Shown: piece by piece, positions 11,754 through 26,404 of the stretch | How the letters are laid out: every line of letters starts with the position of its first letter | How positions within the stretch are numbered: the first letter of the stretch is position 1 | Origin: Cycas panzhihuaensis | Taxonomy: Eukaryota > Plantae > Cycadophyta | Assembly: GCA_023213395.1 (NCBI GenBank) | Contig: CM041465.1 | Coordinates: 124,937,741-125,001,740, forward strand | Direction of reading: 5' to 3' | DNA length: 64,000 bases | Notes under the pieces: generated by a model | What the model was told of the DNA's origin: nothing | The model's input: only the letters and a program-made list of their open reading frames with translations | Database searches by the model: none | Program-made: the position numbers and the translations under genes

Positions 11754-14700
11754 ACAGAGCATTGCATATTACTTTAGTAAAGCATCATGATTAATGCAAT
11801 ATAGTGAGTAGCTAAAAGGACCTTGATCTTGTCTATAGATGGGACGTTGAAGTATACTAAATCCAAATTAAGCTGAGAAGCCTAGTCGATCCCTAGAGAG
11901 CCTCTCCCATAATGGGCATTTTTATCTAAATATGCAACTCAAGTAAAAATAGGAATTAGAAATTTGAAAATAATATCCATTCATTCAAGTCAAGCACCTT
12001 AGCTTCAGGGTAGGTTCTCATGATAAGCTCTAATGGTTAAGTGATGAAACTCTTTTGATTGATTTGGTTTTCCTTATATAAAGATATGTTTTCTTACTTA
12101 AAGATTATGTAATTAATTTTATATCGATGGCATCTTGTTATGAAGGTACATTGAGATGTTATTCTAATATTCTTAAGTCAAATGATATGATGTGATGGAT
12201 TAACTTAAATTGGTAAATATATGTCTTTATTTGATTGATTATATATCATTATTACTATATTATATAAGCAAAGTCAAGATCTTATAAAGACCTAAAAGGA
12301 CACCTTATTGGTGTTTAGCTAATATTATATTAATGTTGACTACAAGTTAGACATTATACGTTGATATTCTAGTGTTAATTGTCTTAATGTTAAAATCCCC
12401 ATGTCGATGCTTCATCACCATTTTTCTAATGTCTATGCCTTTTAGCATTATGAATAGATGAAATGATATATATGAGTCAAGAAATCAATATCAATTCATT
12501 ATTCCAGCAATCTTATCTCAACTTCTTAACTTGAGTGCTTGATTAGCATCATGCTATCAATATAACCTTACCTTGTTAACATTGTATTGAATGTTAATAG
12601 AAGACTATAGCCTTTCATTATTATGTCCTATGTGTTTCACTTATCATGAAGGGATAAACTCTACATTGCATAAAGTGATGAGCAAAATAATGCACACTAA
12701 GAGCATAATGAGCTGAGGATAATGCCAATGAAATGTCATTATAAACTAAGATCATAAAGTAAGGAAAACATTATTGACATAATAATTATATTTATAGTCA
12801 AAACTTGCCAAATAATACTTGTGATTGTTAGCATGGCATGATGTTTGCTTATCCTATAGATTCCACTATATAAGAAGAAGAAAATTTGGAGCTTAGGCAA
12901 TCCCAGGAAGGTAAGTAATAAGATTAGATATTAGAAGGAAGTTTGCTTCCTATAACTAATATAAGAGAGAGAGAAGCAGAGATAAAGACATAGAGACAAA
13001 GACAGAGAGAAAGAGAGAGATGCTACTAACCTTGTATACTATTGACCTAGCATCCTACTAGCCTTAAAGGACATTGACCTGATATTTAGTCTTATATTAT
13101 TGTATCATTTCCAAGCCATAAGCATGTATATGAATAAGAAAATAAGACTATAAATACATAATAAATATATCTTTCTTAGTTATGACAAGTTATATGAAAG
13201 AGGCAAATATTATTTAATTAATAATAAGACCATATGTACACATTGACAAGTATAATTAATATGAAGTCAAGGGACTAATTAGTTTCCTTTTTTATTAAAA
13301 AATAAACACTTATAAATAGAATATGTATAAATCACAATTGACTCTTACCTTAACCATGTGTAGAGGCATTGACCTCATAGTTGACATGACTTGTACCCAA
13401 TAAAATATGAAATGTGAGTGGTGTAATGGACATAGATAAGCTATTAAAATTATTCTCCTCTTCTATCTCATTTGAAGGAAAGAAAATCCTACATATAAAT
13501 AAACTATTTTTATAAGGAAAATATACTTCAATATCTCAATATAAACAAATCATAATAGTCTCCTTAGGGGGGTCAATGAGAGTAAGAAATCATATAATTA
13601 AAAAAATTAGATAACAAATGGCTTAATTCTTCTTCTTAAAACATTCTCTTTAAAAAAAATTCTTCTTCTTCAAATTATAATTATTGTAAATGAAGTGTAA
13701 GAAATGAGTTTATATATCTTAATTTTGTATCAAAACTCAAATAAAAGTTAGCTCACAACATCTCAAATATCATTAATGTTATTTTCACAATGACTAAGGC
13801 TAACCTAGTTTCCAAAATTATGATCTAAGATTTTGAATGACCTAAAATGCTACCTATTTTTTGGGGAAATGCCTCTAGTTTCTTGGTTCTTTGAAAATTG
13901 ACTTAAAACCCCATTAAAAAAATATTAAAATTTCTTAAAATTTGACTTGTGAAATCTTTAAGATATCCTCTATCTATCCATGACTATATAGTTTAATTTC
14001 AAGTGTTAATAATGATAGATATATTAAGGAATACATTAAAAGACTCAATTTTCTATTACAAAAATGTATCAATTATGGACATGGATAGAGCCTAAACTCC
14101 TTTCCTTACACGATTATAGGCTCTAGTAAGGATGTGGATAAAATTAATCACTAGAGGATACATGTATATTCATCCTCTAAATTGAATCAAGGTTGCTTAC
14201 TTTGTGCCCAACCTATTGTACTTCAAAGTCTAAAGAAATAGGAAGATGCAAAGAACTAATTAATCTAGTTAATAAAAGATTATAGGTGTGATATATTTAA
14301 AACCTCTAGTAACATGAATAAAGAATAATTAAGTGATTTGCTTATACTAAGCATAGAATTGTGCCTTTAATTGCTAATGAAATTACTATTTTAGAATTAT
14401 GAGAATGGTACACATCGACTACATTTTAGGCACAATACTAAAAAAGGCATGTCAAGCATGAATATTCGTTATACCAAATGGGAATTTAATTCAAATTTTA
14501 TAGAGAAGATCATGATGAATGAAACTATAAAATGAAGTAACAATTTGAAGCACTATTCAAGCAAGAGAAGATGCTTTTATAAATATGTTATTTATTTAAA
14601 TACACAAGAAAAATATGTAGATAAATTAGTGGATGATAAAAATTATGCATCCTCATGAAGGTTTAAAAGTTTTCCTCCTCATCATGCTTTAAGACCCATA

Positions 14701-15274
14701 AATTATCCAAGTGCTCCACAAAATATGATTTAGTCATTTTGTGGTAGATGTTCTCCACCATCACTACATAGGTACTCATCATAAATTTATCCTCCTCAAT
14801 CCTATAGATTCCAATCATATCCACCATCATGTAATTCATAATGAAAACTCATGTATGGATATTATCCACATGAGGACATATAGAACAATGCCATATGTCA
14901 TTCAAGAAGTTGATAAGCAGTAATTCATTTAATGTGCCTATTATTCTCCAAGTACTAACATTACCTCTAGTCTAATAGCGAAAATCTAATGGTAAATTTA
15001 TAACTCCTAGGACAAATGTTCATATAGCATTACCTATATAGGTTGTCCCAAATCTAGTAACAACACCTTTGCATACAATTATAACATTAGAGGAAATGCC
15101 TTACTAGAATGATGGTGATGTTTAAAGAATAAGTTTAATTAAAAACTTAGGAATTCTAGATATATCATAGCTAAGTGAAATATGTGAGGGTATTACTCAA
15201 ACCTTTTGGTCCTATAAAGCAATGATCGAGTTGGGTCCAAGGACATCTATAGGATTCTAAATAGAGATGTTACA

Positions 15275-18200
15275 TTAATGAGCCACTACAATAGGAAATT
15301 TCTCAAGCAAAATAGATTGTGCAATGAAAAATAAACAAAATGTAAGTTCATAAATAAAACATAAGAATGTAAAATAATAAATCCAAGCAAATAAAGATAA
15401 AAATAAGTAGATAACAGGATTAATTTTATTGAATCCTAGCGCCAAAGTTCCCAATGAGATTAACCCATTATCTAATAATATCTAACAATTTTTCCATAAG
15501 GCCCTACCTTGTTTAAATATAGCATTTATTATTACCATTAATTTCATTATTTAATATGGCATTAGGGTTATTACAAGTCCCCCTTTCTTTATATTACTTT
15601 ACCCTTGAAGTGTTTTTATTAGCCCTACTAGTACCAATAATTGTTATTTAGCATATTGACTAACATATTATGTAATGGATCCCTAATAGTCTTCCCCTTC
15701 TCAGATGCATTGCCCATGAAATATAGGAGAGATAGCATACTTCCTAAGACTACCACTAACTAAGGCCATGATATGATAAGACATTAAGCCATCTTTATGC
15801 TACCTTCTTGAGTCAACAAATAGATCATATGTGCTATGGGTTATAACTTCCTCCTTCTTGAGGCTTAATGTGTTATTTTCATATTTCATCCTTAGGGAGT
15901 TGGCCTTAAAGGTCGGGGTGGAGGAGTGGAGCTTCTTCGAAATAGGGAAATGTTATTATTATGAATAAATAATAAAGGATGGGAAATATGGTCAAGATCT
16001 CAAGAATAGGGGTGGGGCTAATTAGTATGATAAGACCTTTATATGTGGACAAGAGGCCTAGAAGGTGATGTAACTAAATATGGGGGGAAAGTATTTATAG
16101 AGAGATGATGAGTTAATAGAGAGGAATCTAGTTTAGGTGAGTGATATATGAAAAACTTTTAAGTAGTGAGATGGTTTATATAGAGGGATGTTGTAGAAAG
16201 ATGAGAGGAATTTGAGAATAAGAGTGTTTGAGTAACTTATGTAGTGGGGTGAGCCAAAAGGGGTGTAGAGAGTTAATAAGAAAAGAGTGAGAGATAAGGC
16301 ATATAGGATATGACATGTGCTTTTTATAGATGATAATTATATAAGATAAGTATATAGGAATGAGAGGGTGATGGGGTGATGACATAAGATATGCAAGATT
16401 AGGAAAAGGAGGAATATAATATAGATGTATGGATAATTGAACTAAGGATAAAGGTGACGTGTTAGAGGTAAGACTAGGGAATAATATGTATGGAGGGTTG
16501 GTAAGGTAAAAGGGGATAAGTGATGAGGAAAATAGTAAGCATTTTATAAGGTTAGGAGTGAGGCTAGGAAATGACAGGTGAGAGGGTTATAAGAGGCAAC
16601 TAAGGGATGAGGGATACTTATTCCTTATGAGACAAAGACTCTAATGGACTCATGTAAGGGAAAGATGTGTGAATAAGAGATGATGGGAGTATCTAAAAGA
16701 GATATGTGGAGGAGTGCACAAGGAAGGATGATGGAAGGCAAGTGTGTTGCTTATAAGGTAGGTTGGGAGATGTCAGAGACAAAAATGAAGATGAATCCTT
16801 ATGTCGATGGGTGGATGCATGTTAAATGCCTTAGAAGGTATGGAAAATGGGGGATGGATAAGATGAAAGGGGACATCATGATGACAACGTGAGTGTACCT
16901 TTCTATTTAGAGAATCCCTAATAGATAATTCATGGCTTGAGGAGGATAACAAGTAGGAAATCTTAGGTGGGATCATGATCTTGTTCATAAAAGGATTAGA
17001 ATTGAGAAGCTTAGGTATAAGAATTATGAACTCCTAATAGGTGGGGGGTGCAAGATTTTTGAGATCTATATGAAGTGGGAACTCAAAAGTAACTAAAAAG
17101 GCTACTAAAGGAAATGGAATTATGTGAAATAGAATCTAAACCATTAACAATTACATTATTTATGCCAACTTGTTATCCTAATTTTATGGATGAGTCATCT
17201 ACTTCATCTTCAAGCATATTAGTTTGCTCTTATTCCAATTAATTAGAAGAATATTTCTTTTTAACATACTCATTTGAGTCAATTTGTTGCTCTGACTTCA
17301 TGGTTGATTCACATTCATGGTGCTTCATGGTAAGTTTTGTCTCTTCCCCAAATTATCCATTTATAGTCCTCCTTTACTTGGTTCGAATATATTGGTTGAT
17401 TCTTCTTCTAATTGTTCAAAGTAGATCTCTTCCTTATTTAGTACATACACGATGTGATTTTTCATGTAATTTCTACCTGGCCTCTCTCTACACATTTGTG
17501 ATCTTTTCACATGAAACTATTACCTTGTTAAAAATTTTAGCTAGTACTTCAAGTATCTCTAGAGATATTTCCATTTTTTAAATAGAAAAATTACCAAAAC
17601 TATTACCACTTGAGATCAATAGAGTGTTAGGAAAATTGTTAGAAATAACAACTCCAAATATGGAACAAAGAATGACTTATATTCTCAACAAGAGGTAATC
17701 ATCAAAAACTTTAATGCCCAAGTCAAAATCTCACCTCAAAAATAAAATAATACTCCAAGGTAGATAAAAAATATTTCAAATAGTGACTACACCATATAAC
17801 TTAGTTGTGATACCACTTAAAATAATTACTTAGGGTAAAGGATAAAAATCAATAAACATTCTATGTTGAATGTTCTAATATAATATTAATAAAATTCAAA
17901 CCTAATGCCATTGAAAAAAAGGTGCCAAGTGAGAAGGTTGGGGGGAGCGTGGCAGGGTGGGGAATGGAAATGAAATTTCGAAGACCCGTGCACAAATGAA
18001 TTTTTATGACAATTGAATTCCTACAATTTCTTGAATGGACATGGTAGTAGATCCTTAGTGAGTAGTAAATATAATGATGGAAGAGGCAACCCTTGCTAGA
18101 TGATATTAAGAGGGTATGAGAGGTTGTTGTCTTTCTACTAAGGGAAATTTCATGCTTTCTTGGCCCACTAAATCCAATGGGAACTATCACTACTTAGAGA

Positions 18201-18629
18201 TCTAGATGGAATTTATAAATTATAATTATTTGCTAATTGCCCATGGTAAGGACAATTTGCAATTAGGTCATTTGATGGAAAAATATAATGTAAATTCATG
18301 CAGGGTTTAAAAAAGAGGATTGGTATGTTAAAACAATGCCATACCATAACTAAGCAAAATCAATAAAGTCAAATAATAGTCAGTAGATACCGATTGTAAT
18401 GTTTCCAAGGAAGATGCTACATCGAGAATCCATAGCAATAAGTAATTTCTCCTATAAAATGAGTATCTAACAAGTTAAATTTAGTCAAAGCATAACACCA
18501 AAGTGCCAAAGTATTAAACCATTATCCAAATAATATCTGATTATTCATCCATAAGGCCCCTCCTTTTTAAATATAACATTAATTGTTAGAGTTGACTTCA
18601 TCATTTAATATGGTGTTAAGTTTATTACA
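15275..18629 (-). mobile_element. Old non-autonomous LTR element (element D); left boundary approximate
   Basis: 15430-15575 aligns with 18490-18629 (ccataaggccc...atttaatatgg...ttattaca). PPT gtccccctt follows 15575; PBS-like gttgtgatacca at 17804-17815. The ~2.2 kb internal region has no pol motifs. Confidence 0.55.
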
Positions 18630-18999
18630 TCATCTATGGCACATGAGCAATAATAAGTAGGCAGAGAAGATGAGCTAAAATTTGGAAGAAAACCTAAAAA
18701 GTAGTTGATGACACTACTTGGTATCCATGTAAGCAAAAAGAAGTAGATTGAAATAAAGTAATAAAAAAAATCTATCTAAAAGGCACCCATATGGTACATT
18801 TGATGGCATTCCTCCCTGCCCACAAAGATTGAAAATACATAAGAAAAATGAAGATTTCTACTTATAATAACTAGTATATCAATGCATCCGTAGATGTACA
18901 AAAAAATGGTTATTATAAAGAATACCTTTATAACATCCCAATGAACCATCATTACTTGTTTCTTCCTTGTATTTCATTTGAGTTGTTTCTTAGAGCAAT

Positions 19000-20823
19000 T
19001 CTCCATCCCAAATAGAGGTATATTAATTTGATGTTCCCTCTAGAACCTTGGGTAGAATGTTTACAACTCTATGTTCCTATGAAGGATTATGCATCACAAT
19101 AAATACCAATGTAAGGCTATTCATTATAAGAAGAAACTCAATTACCCATTATTAATTCAAAGTTGTGATCAATACTTAATGTAATTCTAAATATGTTCCC
19201 TACCAAACTTAACTAGGTCATCCCATATGAAAAAAGTTAATTATTTAGCTAATAGAGTATAAATCTCTGTACCCCATTCTTATTTCTAATCAATTTTCAC
19301 TCCCATGTATAAGATTCATTCTATTTGATTCTAATCCAACCTCCTCATATGTGTTTCCATCGTGCATACTTTTCTCAATGTTTCCAACGTCATCTCCAAA
19401 AGATTCATCGTTATCATTCATGTTGAAATATTTGCTTGAACTCTTAAGACAACTCACACTCTTATACTCATGCATGCTTCTATTATCATAGGAAATTTAT
19501 ATATGATAGTAGTTAGTATTAAGATTGTATACCTCATATGTCCCTTGAAGCCAATTCATTAAAAAGATACATATATTACCATCTTCTAAACTAATATTTG
19601 CCCTAATTTTTTTGTAACTATAAGGTTCATACTCATAGGGGTGATTCGTGCTTGTAGCATCCTCAATGTAACATAATGCATTTAGTCTCATTATAAGAGG
19701 AACTAGCAGTTTTCTCACTATGGATGATGGTGCTCAAAGTTTCATCCAGTATCTTTTAGTAGGTTGATCCCTTACATTCCATTAGAAGTTATTTCCGATA
19801 ATATGAGTGTAAAGATCCTCTTTTACTAGTCTTATAAATATTCTATATTGTATAACCAAAGGCAACCAAGCAGCGTTGGGTAGAATGGGCCCCCACTTAT
19901 CACTTAGACTACAGTAAGCTCAAGAGTGTTAACTATCCACGTGAAATCTACCTTAAGGCTTGGAACCACCACTATAGGCATGTTCTTCTAATTGGCTAGT
20001 ATGATTGAATAGATGGAAGGCTCCATGGTGGAGCATCTTAATTTCTTCCATATGTGCTCACATAACACATTAACACATGGGCCACTATCTATAATTGTAC
20101 CATTTGTTATTCTTCTCATTACTTTTATGGATATTTTTGGATCCTCATTTACTAAGGGTAGTATGTTCTAAAGACTTTACATTGTATTATCTAACAAAAA
20201 TGACGGCAGTGCTACCATTTCTAGCAACTTTATCACTCTTGTTGGTGGAGTTGTTAAATCTGGTTATCCTACTAGATGTTACATAAACACATCTTTAAGA
20301 TGGAAGGTTAGGACTTATACGTCCTCTCCTTTCGCATACTTGTTTAATTTATAGTCTCTTCTCCTAAGGGTAGTTTTTTTTAGTTGCTTAAGCTAATTCA
20401 TCTAAGTCCTTTTCCCTTTTTTGGATTGCGATAATTAGATTCAATCACTTGGGCTTTGGCTCTACTTTCAGTTTGCTAATTAATAGATAGAGTTATTTAT
20501 GGGTTGACTTAAATGATGGATGTTAAATTACAAGTTTTATGAGGGCCAATCTTTACAGTTATGATCCTTTAGCATAATTCTAACATGTGTAAACATACCT
20601 TTTTGGTGTTCTTATAAGGGCATTCAATCTACCATTATCCAAACTCTAGATAAAACAAACATTTTTCTATTGGTTTTCTCTTCTTAAATACATCATATGT
20701 GTCATTACTTGTATATGCTATTTTGGGTGTGCAACCCATTGACCACATTAACCAAGGGTAGTTCTATGTTTGTCAAGGTAATATTCGATGTTATTTTGAT
20801 TTAGTACCTCACATGTGTACATA

Positions 20824-20869
<46 letters not shown>

Positions 20870-22300
20870 TGTCACCCTTTGGTTGTTCTATTTCATATGT
20901 TTTGTAATTTTTGTTTGGTCATCTTTTCTTAAGCTTCTTAGGCTAATTCTACTATAGGTGCCTCAACTTCCCCATTACTTTTGATATTTGTTACCCCTTC
21001 ATGTAATGTGTCTACTCTTAACTCCTATGTCTCCTCATTAAGCTATCTAAACATGTTAGATTCACAGGAAGCTACTTCCTAATTATTTATTTGGGCCTTA
21101 AATCTTAATAGCAAGTCACATGCTTTCCCACAGCCATATCCAATTAGTGTTATCTTAATCGTTCTTGCATTTTAGTCAATAACCTATCCAAAAAATCTTT
21201 ATAGGAGGTAATTGAGAATTACATCTTTTGAGATCATGTTCATTACAATGATATTTATTCTACTCTCATAATTTAGTATTAATTATCCATGTCACTTTCA
21301 TGTAAAGCACAAATAATTACTTGCCTTCTTATGAACTTTTAAAAGCACTATAAAAATTGTCATAATATCATCCTAAAATAGGAAATTAATGTCATGGTTT
21401 TAATAGCACACCAAGGTGACACTTATCACTATTCATAAGAAGCAACCCCTAATGCTAATTTTAGAGGTGATTCCCTTTATAGTGACCAAATTTCTAAGGA
21501 GGACTAGATGTTTTATAGGGTTGCCCATACCATCCAAGACAAGGTGACTTAATCCATTATCATTTTGATAAATGATATTTTGGACTAATTACCACATTGT
21601 TCCCCCTCATAACTAATGTTGATTCTAGTTTCCTTATGAATAGTGCATTTGTATCAAATGTCCCGAGTGCTTTTTGGATAGACTGGAGTTTCTACTTATG
21701 GTATCTACATTACCATTGATGTAACAAATAAGAATTGCTCTTCTTCTACCATTGGTAATGTCTATTTGTGAGATGTATTAAATAGTTGTCAAGTGGGGGA
21801 AAAAAATGATATATGTTGTAAAACCTTCGATTGCTTTTTCATTATTATTAGTTGAGCTCCCTAAACTTTCTTTTGAGCTTATCTCTTAATGTTGAATATA
21901 TCCCTCCAACATAGGGGCTCCTCTAAGATTCAAATGATTGTCATACCTTCTCTAGGGGTTACTAATTCATTCAATGTTGTAGTAAATCCATTACTTATTT
22001 GGCATGTTTCTAGAGTGGGGCATTTTGCATCTATAACTTGTCTTTTTTGAATTTTTGGTCAAGTTTTCCCTAGTTTTACCAATCTTTAGGGTCTTATTTT
22101 CCTTATGACATCCATCTTATTCTTTTGCCCATCTTATTGCTCATTTCTGATTGGATTCTATTATTATTTTATTTAAATGTTGTTCAGATAACATTAGATT
22201 GCCCCTTGGTTGCCATAACTTTCAGACCATGCCATATGAAAAACATCTAAGATCTTTGATATTCTAATCATACATTTGCAAGTGTTGTAATCACAGTATG
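19000..22300 (-). pseudogene. Very degenerate gypsy-type gag-pol remnant (boundaries approximate)
   Basis: Only faint remnants: zinc-knuckle-like YRCKMPH (~22010-22040) and protease-like segments (~21520-21640); no LTR pair found. Confidence 0.35.
20826..20866. repeat. (AT)20 microsatellite
   Basis: Perfect dinucleotide run. Confidence 0.95.
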
Positions 22301-23897
22301 TTAGATGTACTTAAGTTATAGGATCAATGATTACTAGTGAACACTACCCACAACTTTATGATTGCTACCCAATTCAAATTAATAATAGGTACCTATCAAT
22401 AACTCTTCATGTTCTAATTTGATAGAATGGCCAAAATGTCTTTGTCTTGAATAGTGTTGCATAAAAATGAACTTATTCTAATGTGCAAATATTATGCCTA
22501 GAATATGCATTATTCCAACACATTATACACAAGTTTCCCTTGTACCTCAAATTGTGCTAGATGCTAACTATATTACTACACTCAACTCTCCCACTGAACA
22601 AAATGTGAGAGTGCTTGTTTTGATCATTCCAATAGGTGTGACTCCCCAAGGAACAAAATTTGGTCACAACTATGATCATATATATGCAAACAATTGTGAT
22701 GAATACACATACATATGTGTACCCTTGATATGCAAGCATATACTTATATATAAGTATACGTGTGTAAATATATACATATCCATTCATCAAGGTTAAACAC
22801 ATCACTTTGATTTTTGCACAATAGATGCAATTTTCATCTACTTACTCATGTCTTATTCTTTCTATGTCTCATCCTAGTTGTTTGCCCCATTCTTCTTTGT
22901 TTTAGTACAACCACTCCTCTATATTCATCATTTTTGAAGTCCTCAATTGTTCTCTAGCCCACCATCCCCATCATGATTTGCTTATTCCCTACACATTACA
23001 ATCATCCTTGTAACCTTATTCGTCCATTCCATATCAAAGATTTATGCTAACTAACCCTAATTCCTACCCTTCATACCATTTGTTTTACGCATGACCATGC
23101 CCACTATTTCTACACGTAGTTGCTTAAAAGCTAGAAACAAGTAGTGCCCCCTTACTCCTAACCATTTTCTTCTTGTGCATTTAAGTTGTTCACAATGACA
23201 TATTAGACACTAAGTTTGAATTGTATTCAACTCACTTATAATAGCATGGGTAAAGTTGATTATTGTTGTTATAAGCCTTAGCACTCTATGGAAATTATAC
23301 AAGCAAGTCCATGCTTTAGTGTTTTCAGGTACTTAATTGGCCTTGTATTATAACCATGCCTATTGCATATTTATTGGATACATTGTCTTGCCTTATCCAA
23401 GGTAATTTAAAGTTTCAAATCATGTCATCATAGCTAGTAAAAGGAAATAAAAGTTATCGAAGCCAACTTCGATGGAGTTTTCAAGAAGCTCCATGGGCTC
23501 TACTTTCAACTGCTTAGGCATCATGCTCTAAATTGAAAAAAGTAGGGTAGATCAAATGCACATCTATATGCTCTTTTTCAAGTGGTTGTGATCAAGGTAA
23601 TTATGCCATTTAATAATTAATTTATCATTATTTCAACACTAGAAAAAAAAAGCATGGCCATGAATTCAATGACCATTATTTTTATTAATATCCCTATTCA
23701 AAATTATTGAAATATGCTTTATCAATCTAACAAATATAATTCATTAGTTTCACTATTTGTCAATTAGTTAAAACTCTTGTCTATTTGTCTTCTCTTTTCC
23801 CATTTAAAACTAGTAAATTATTTTCTTTGATTTAAGAAGCCATGGAATTCATAGATTTTATTTATCAAAATCACACAAGGATCATGCATAGACCACT

Positions 23898-23944
23898 CCC
23901 CCCTACCATGCTTCCCCCAACCCCCCCTCCCGCCCACCCCCTCC
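23898..23944 (-). other. G-quadruplex-forming motif within a short dispersed repeat (related copy at ~17920-18040, opposite strand)
   Basis: Minus strand reads GGGGG-T-GGG-C-GGG-A-GGGGGGG-TT-GGGGG; flanks resemble 17920-18040. Confidence 0.55.
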
Positions 23945-24293
23945 AACTTGTACCCTTTAGATAACCATCTAAGAGAAAGAAACATGTACTGCCTATGGCT
24001 AACCTTCAATGTTTTATATAAATCCCATCAAGGAGGTAGTCCACACTATTGTAAAGTGCTTCTATACGTGTGGGATCCTATTTAACATGTCTCATTCATC
24101 ATACTTCAAGAAAAATAGTCTGTGCCATTAATAATAGCCCTATGAAATATGTCTTCGATATATAAAAATATATGTGCCACTTTGTTGGAGGACAAGGGAT
24201 TATGTTCATAAGATGATAGAATATATTAACACATAGGCCATTCATAACTGTAGTATCATTATGGATAAAGAGAAAATATAATTGTAAAAGCAA

Positions 24294-24688
24294 TGTATTA
24301 ATAGAACTCTAAACCATGCAAAGAACAAATAGTATAAATAAACCAAATACACAACAAGAAAACATGAGGAGATTCAAATTTAAGCATAAACATTTTATTA
24401 GTTTGAGCAACAACTAAAGAATTACAAAGATGAAAACCCCAACTTTTCTCATCAATTCATTAAAGACTTATCCAACATTTTTTCATGTGTTATTACATAA
24501 CAATATATAGACACAAGTTTACAAGATACCACCTTACGGTTTTACAATACAATGGGTATAAACTATGGGCTGAAAAATACCCCCATAAGACACCCAAAAT
24601 TCTTTCTCGGGGACTTTTGCCCCTAAACCCCACAAAGGGGCTCAGGTGCAACACTTATACCCATGTAACACTTACAAATTGTTCAACA
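24294..24688 (-). mobile_element. LTR-like fragment or solo LTR abutting the hAT relic
   Basis: TG...CA ends (tgtatt...ttcaaca) and LTR-like composition; no TSD match. Confidence 0.35.
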
Positions 24689-25490
24689 TATCCAACAATG
24701 GAGAGTTAAACGGATGCACCCAACCATCCTTTGTTGAACATTGTCTCCTCTCCTACAATTATCGTTTTTCTAAAAGTTATAAATTGTTCAAAACATGAGA
24801 AGAATACAAAATTTTGGATCGAAGTATTATTTTTAGCTATGAATGAGGTTGAACATGCCAAGGCCATACATATTATCATGGATGCTACTTTGGTTTACAA
24901 AGTTGCAAGTATGTTGATACATGCTAAGTATCGTCATATTTTAAGGACTTCTTTTTACATGCATGCATTGAATAATATTCTTAATGATATTAATATAATT
25001 AATTGAGTTGCCAAATCTATTTGGAATATGAGATCCATCTAAATATTTATGTAACCATCATTAGGCATAGGAGATCTACCGTGAGCATGCACATGTAAAA
25101 TTACTTAAATCAACAAACACTTGGTTTTTTGCTTACTTCATTTTCTTATAATGGTTGGTGGAAGTGAGAGGCATTAAGGCGTGTCATTTTCAACAAATAA
25201 AAGAATATGTAGAAATAATCAACTTCTGATTAGAGCCTATGCATTAAACATCTCATTGTAAATACTACATTTTAGGCAAATGTTGAATTTTTGTTGTTCT
25301 TTGAGCTTATGGTTTGTTACTCCAAATGCTCCATGTCTAGAAGAGATATGCAAGTATATGGATTCTATTTGTGAGAATATCAAAGCTATTATTGATCTTC
25401 AAGATATTGATTTGTACCTTTATTTGTAATGAATCATTCTCATAGGTGGAATGCCCTTAATACACAACTTCATAAAGTAGCATATAGATC
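24689..25490 (+). pseudogene. hAT-superfamily (DUF659-type) transposase relic
   Basis: M(D)(G)*TD, NHPLLNI, VFLKVINCSKHEKN, IIMDA...AKYRHI...HALNNILNDI (ORF 24731-25006) and RWNALNTQLHKVAY near 25445-25485. Possible hAT-like terminus ...aaaccc...caaccttg at ~26098. Confidence 0.85.
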
Positions 25491-25571
25491 CGTTGAGAGC
25501 GTCTGTTATCTTTGTAAAGGAATAATACAATCTTAGACTGGCCTCCTTCACATGACCTAGAAAGAAATTTT

Positions 25572-25865
25572 TGATGAACCGTCAAACCAAAACTTCATAG
25601 TGTTAATGGAGAGGACCGCCTACTAAGTAGAGCATTACCTCTCCCATGGATTGAACAAGCTAGCCCCACTTTCACTAGTATTTGAGAACCCTAAGGGCCC
25701 CAGCTACAATGACATTCAAGCATATCGCACTACCACCTCTGTAAGTGTTGTTACCCCCAACAAGATTCAAACCTAAATCTTGACTTTGATACCATTCATG
25801 ACGATCATCATACCAAAATCTCAAAGTATTAATGAAGAGGACTCCCTACCAAGTAAACCCTTATA
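25572..25865 (-). mobile_element. TRIM (terminal-repeat retrotransposon in miniature), ~300 bp
   Basis: ~65-70 bp diverged direct repeats at 25572-25637 and 25796-25865 (accaaaa...ttaatg.agaggac.cctac.aagta); PBS-like ctttgatacca (25784-25794); PPT-like cctctccc after the left repeat. Confidence 0.7.
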
Positions 25866-26247
25866 TGAGTATTAATTTATTTTGTTTTTATTTTTGCTTT
25901 TATTTACAAAATTGATCAAACTATCATTTTGTGTGTATATTTAATAATTATTCTCAATGCTTGTGATTTTTTTTTTAAAATTAAAAAAATATATATTTTA
26001 AATTAAAATATTAGTTGTACCTACATGCATGAATCCTATTTTTTGAAAAAAGATCTAAGTTCTTCAAAACCCCAAACTTGCAAACCCAACAACCTTGGTC
26101 TTAAGAAATTATACATTACCTCAATGCTCTTGAAAAATTACTAAACATATAGGCATTGAAACAAATAATTCTTTCTAGAAAAAACTATAATATTTAGATA
26201 TTCATAAACAAATTTCCATGCTTGTTTACTTTGAGCACTAGAAGTTA

Positions 26248-26404
26248 AATACCCAAATTCAGTAGAAATGGATTTTTTCAACTTCTCAAGGTAAGAATAA
26301 GTCTGGAATTAGATAGAGCCCAAGACGTTAAATTATTAAATTCAATAAAAATGAGTTTTTACAACTTCTCAGTGTAATCACAAGTCTGGACTCAAACAAA
26401 GCCC
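26248..26404 (+). repeat. Tandem duplication, ~83-bp period x2
   Basis: aaattca.ta.aaatg...ttt.caacttctca..gtaa...aagtctgga...agccc occurs twice. Confidence 0.75.

Noticed and set aside
12320-15272. Additional LTR or extra-ORF remnants
   Set aside because: TE-like, with a ...gatgttaca end near 15272, but no paired repeat, TSD or clear protein motif could be established.
22494-22805. Overlapping ORFs on both strands
   Set aside because: Arise from (AT/AC)-rich low-complexity sequence; no domain.
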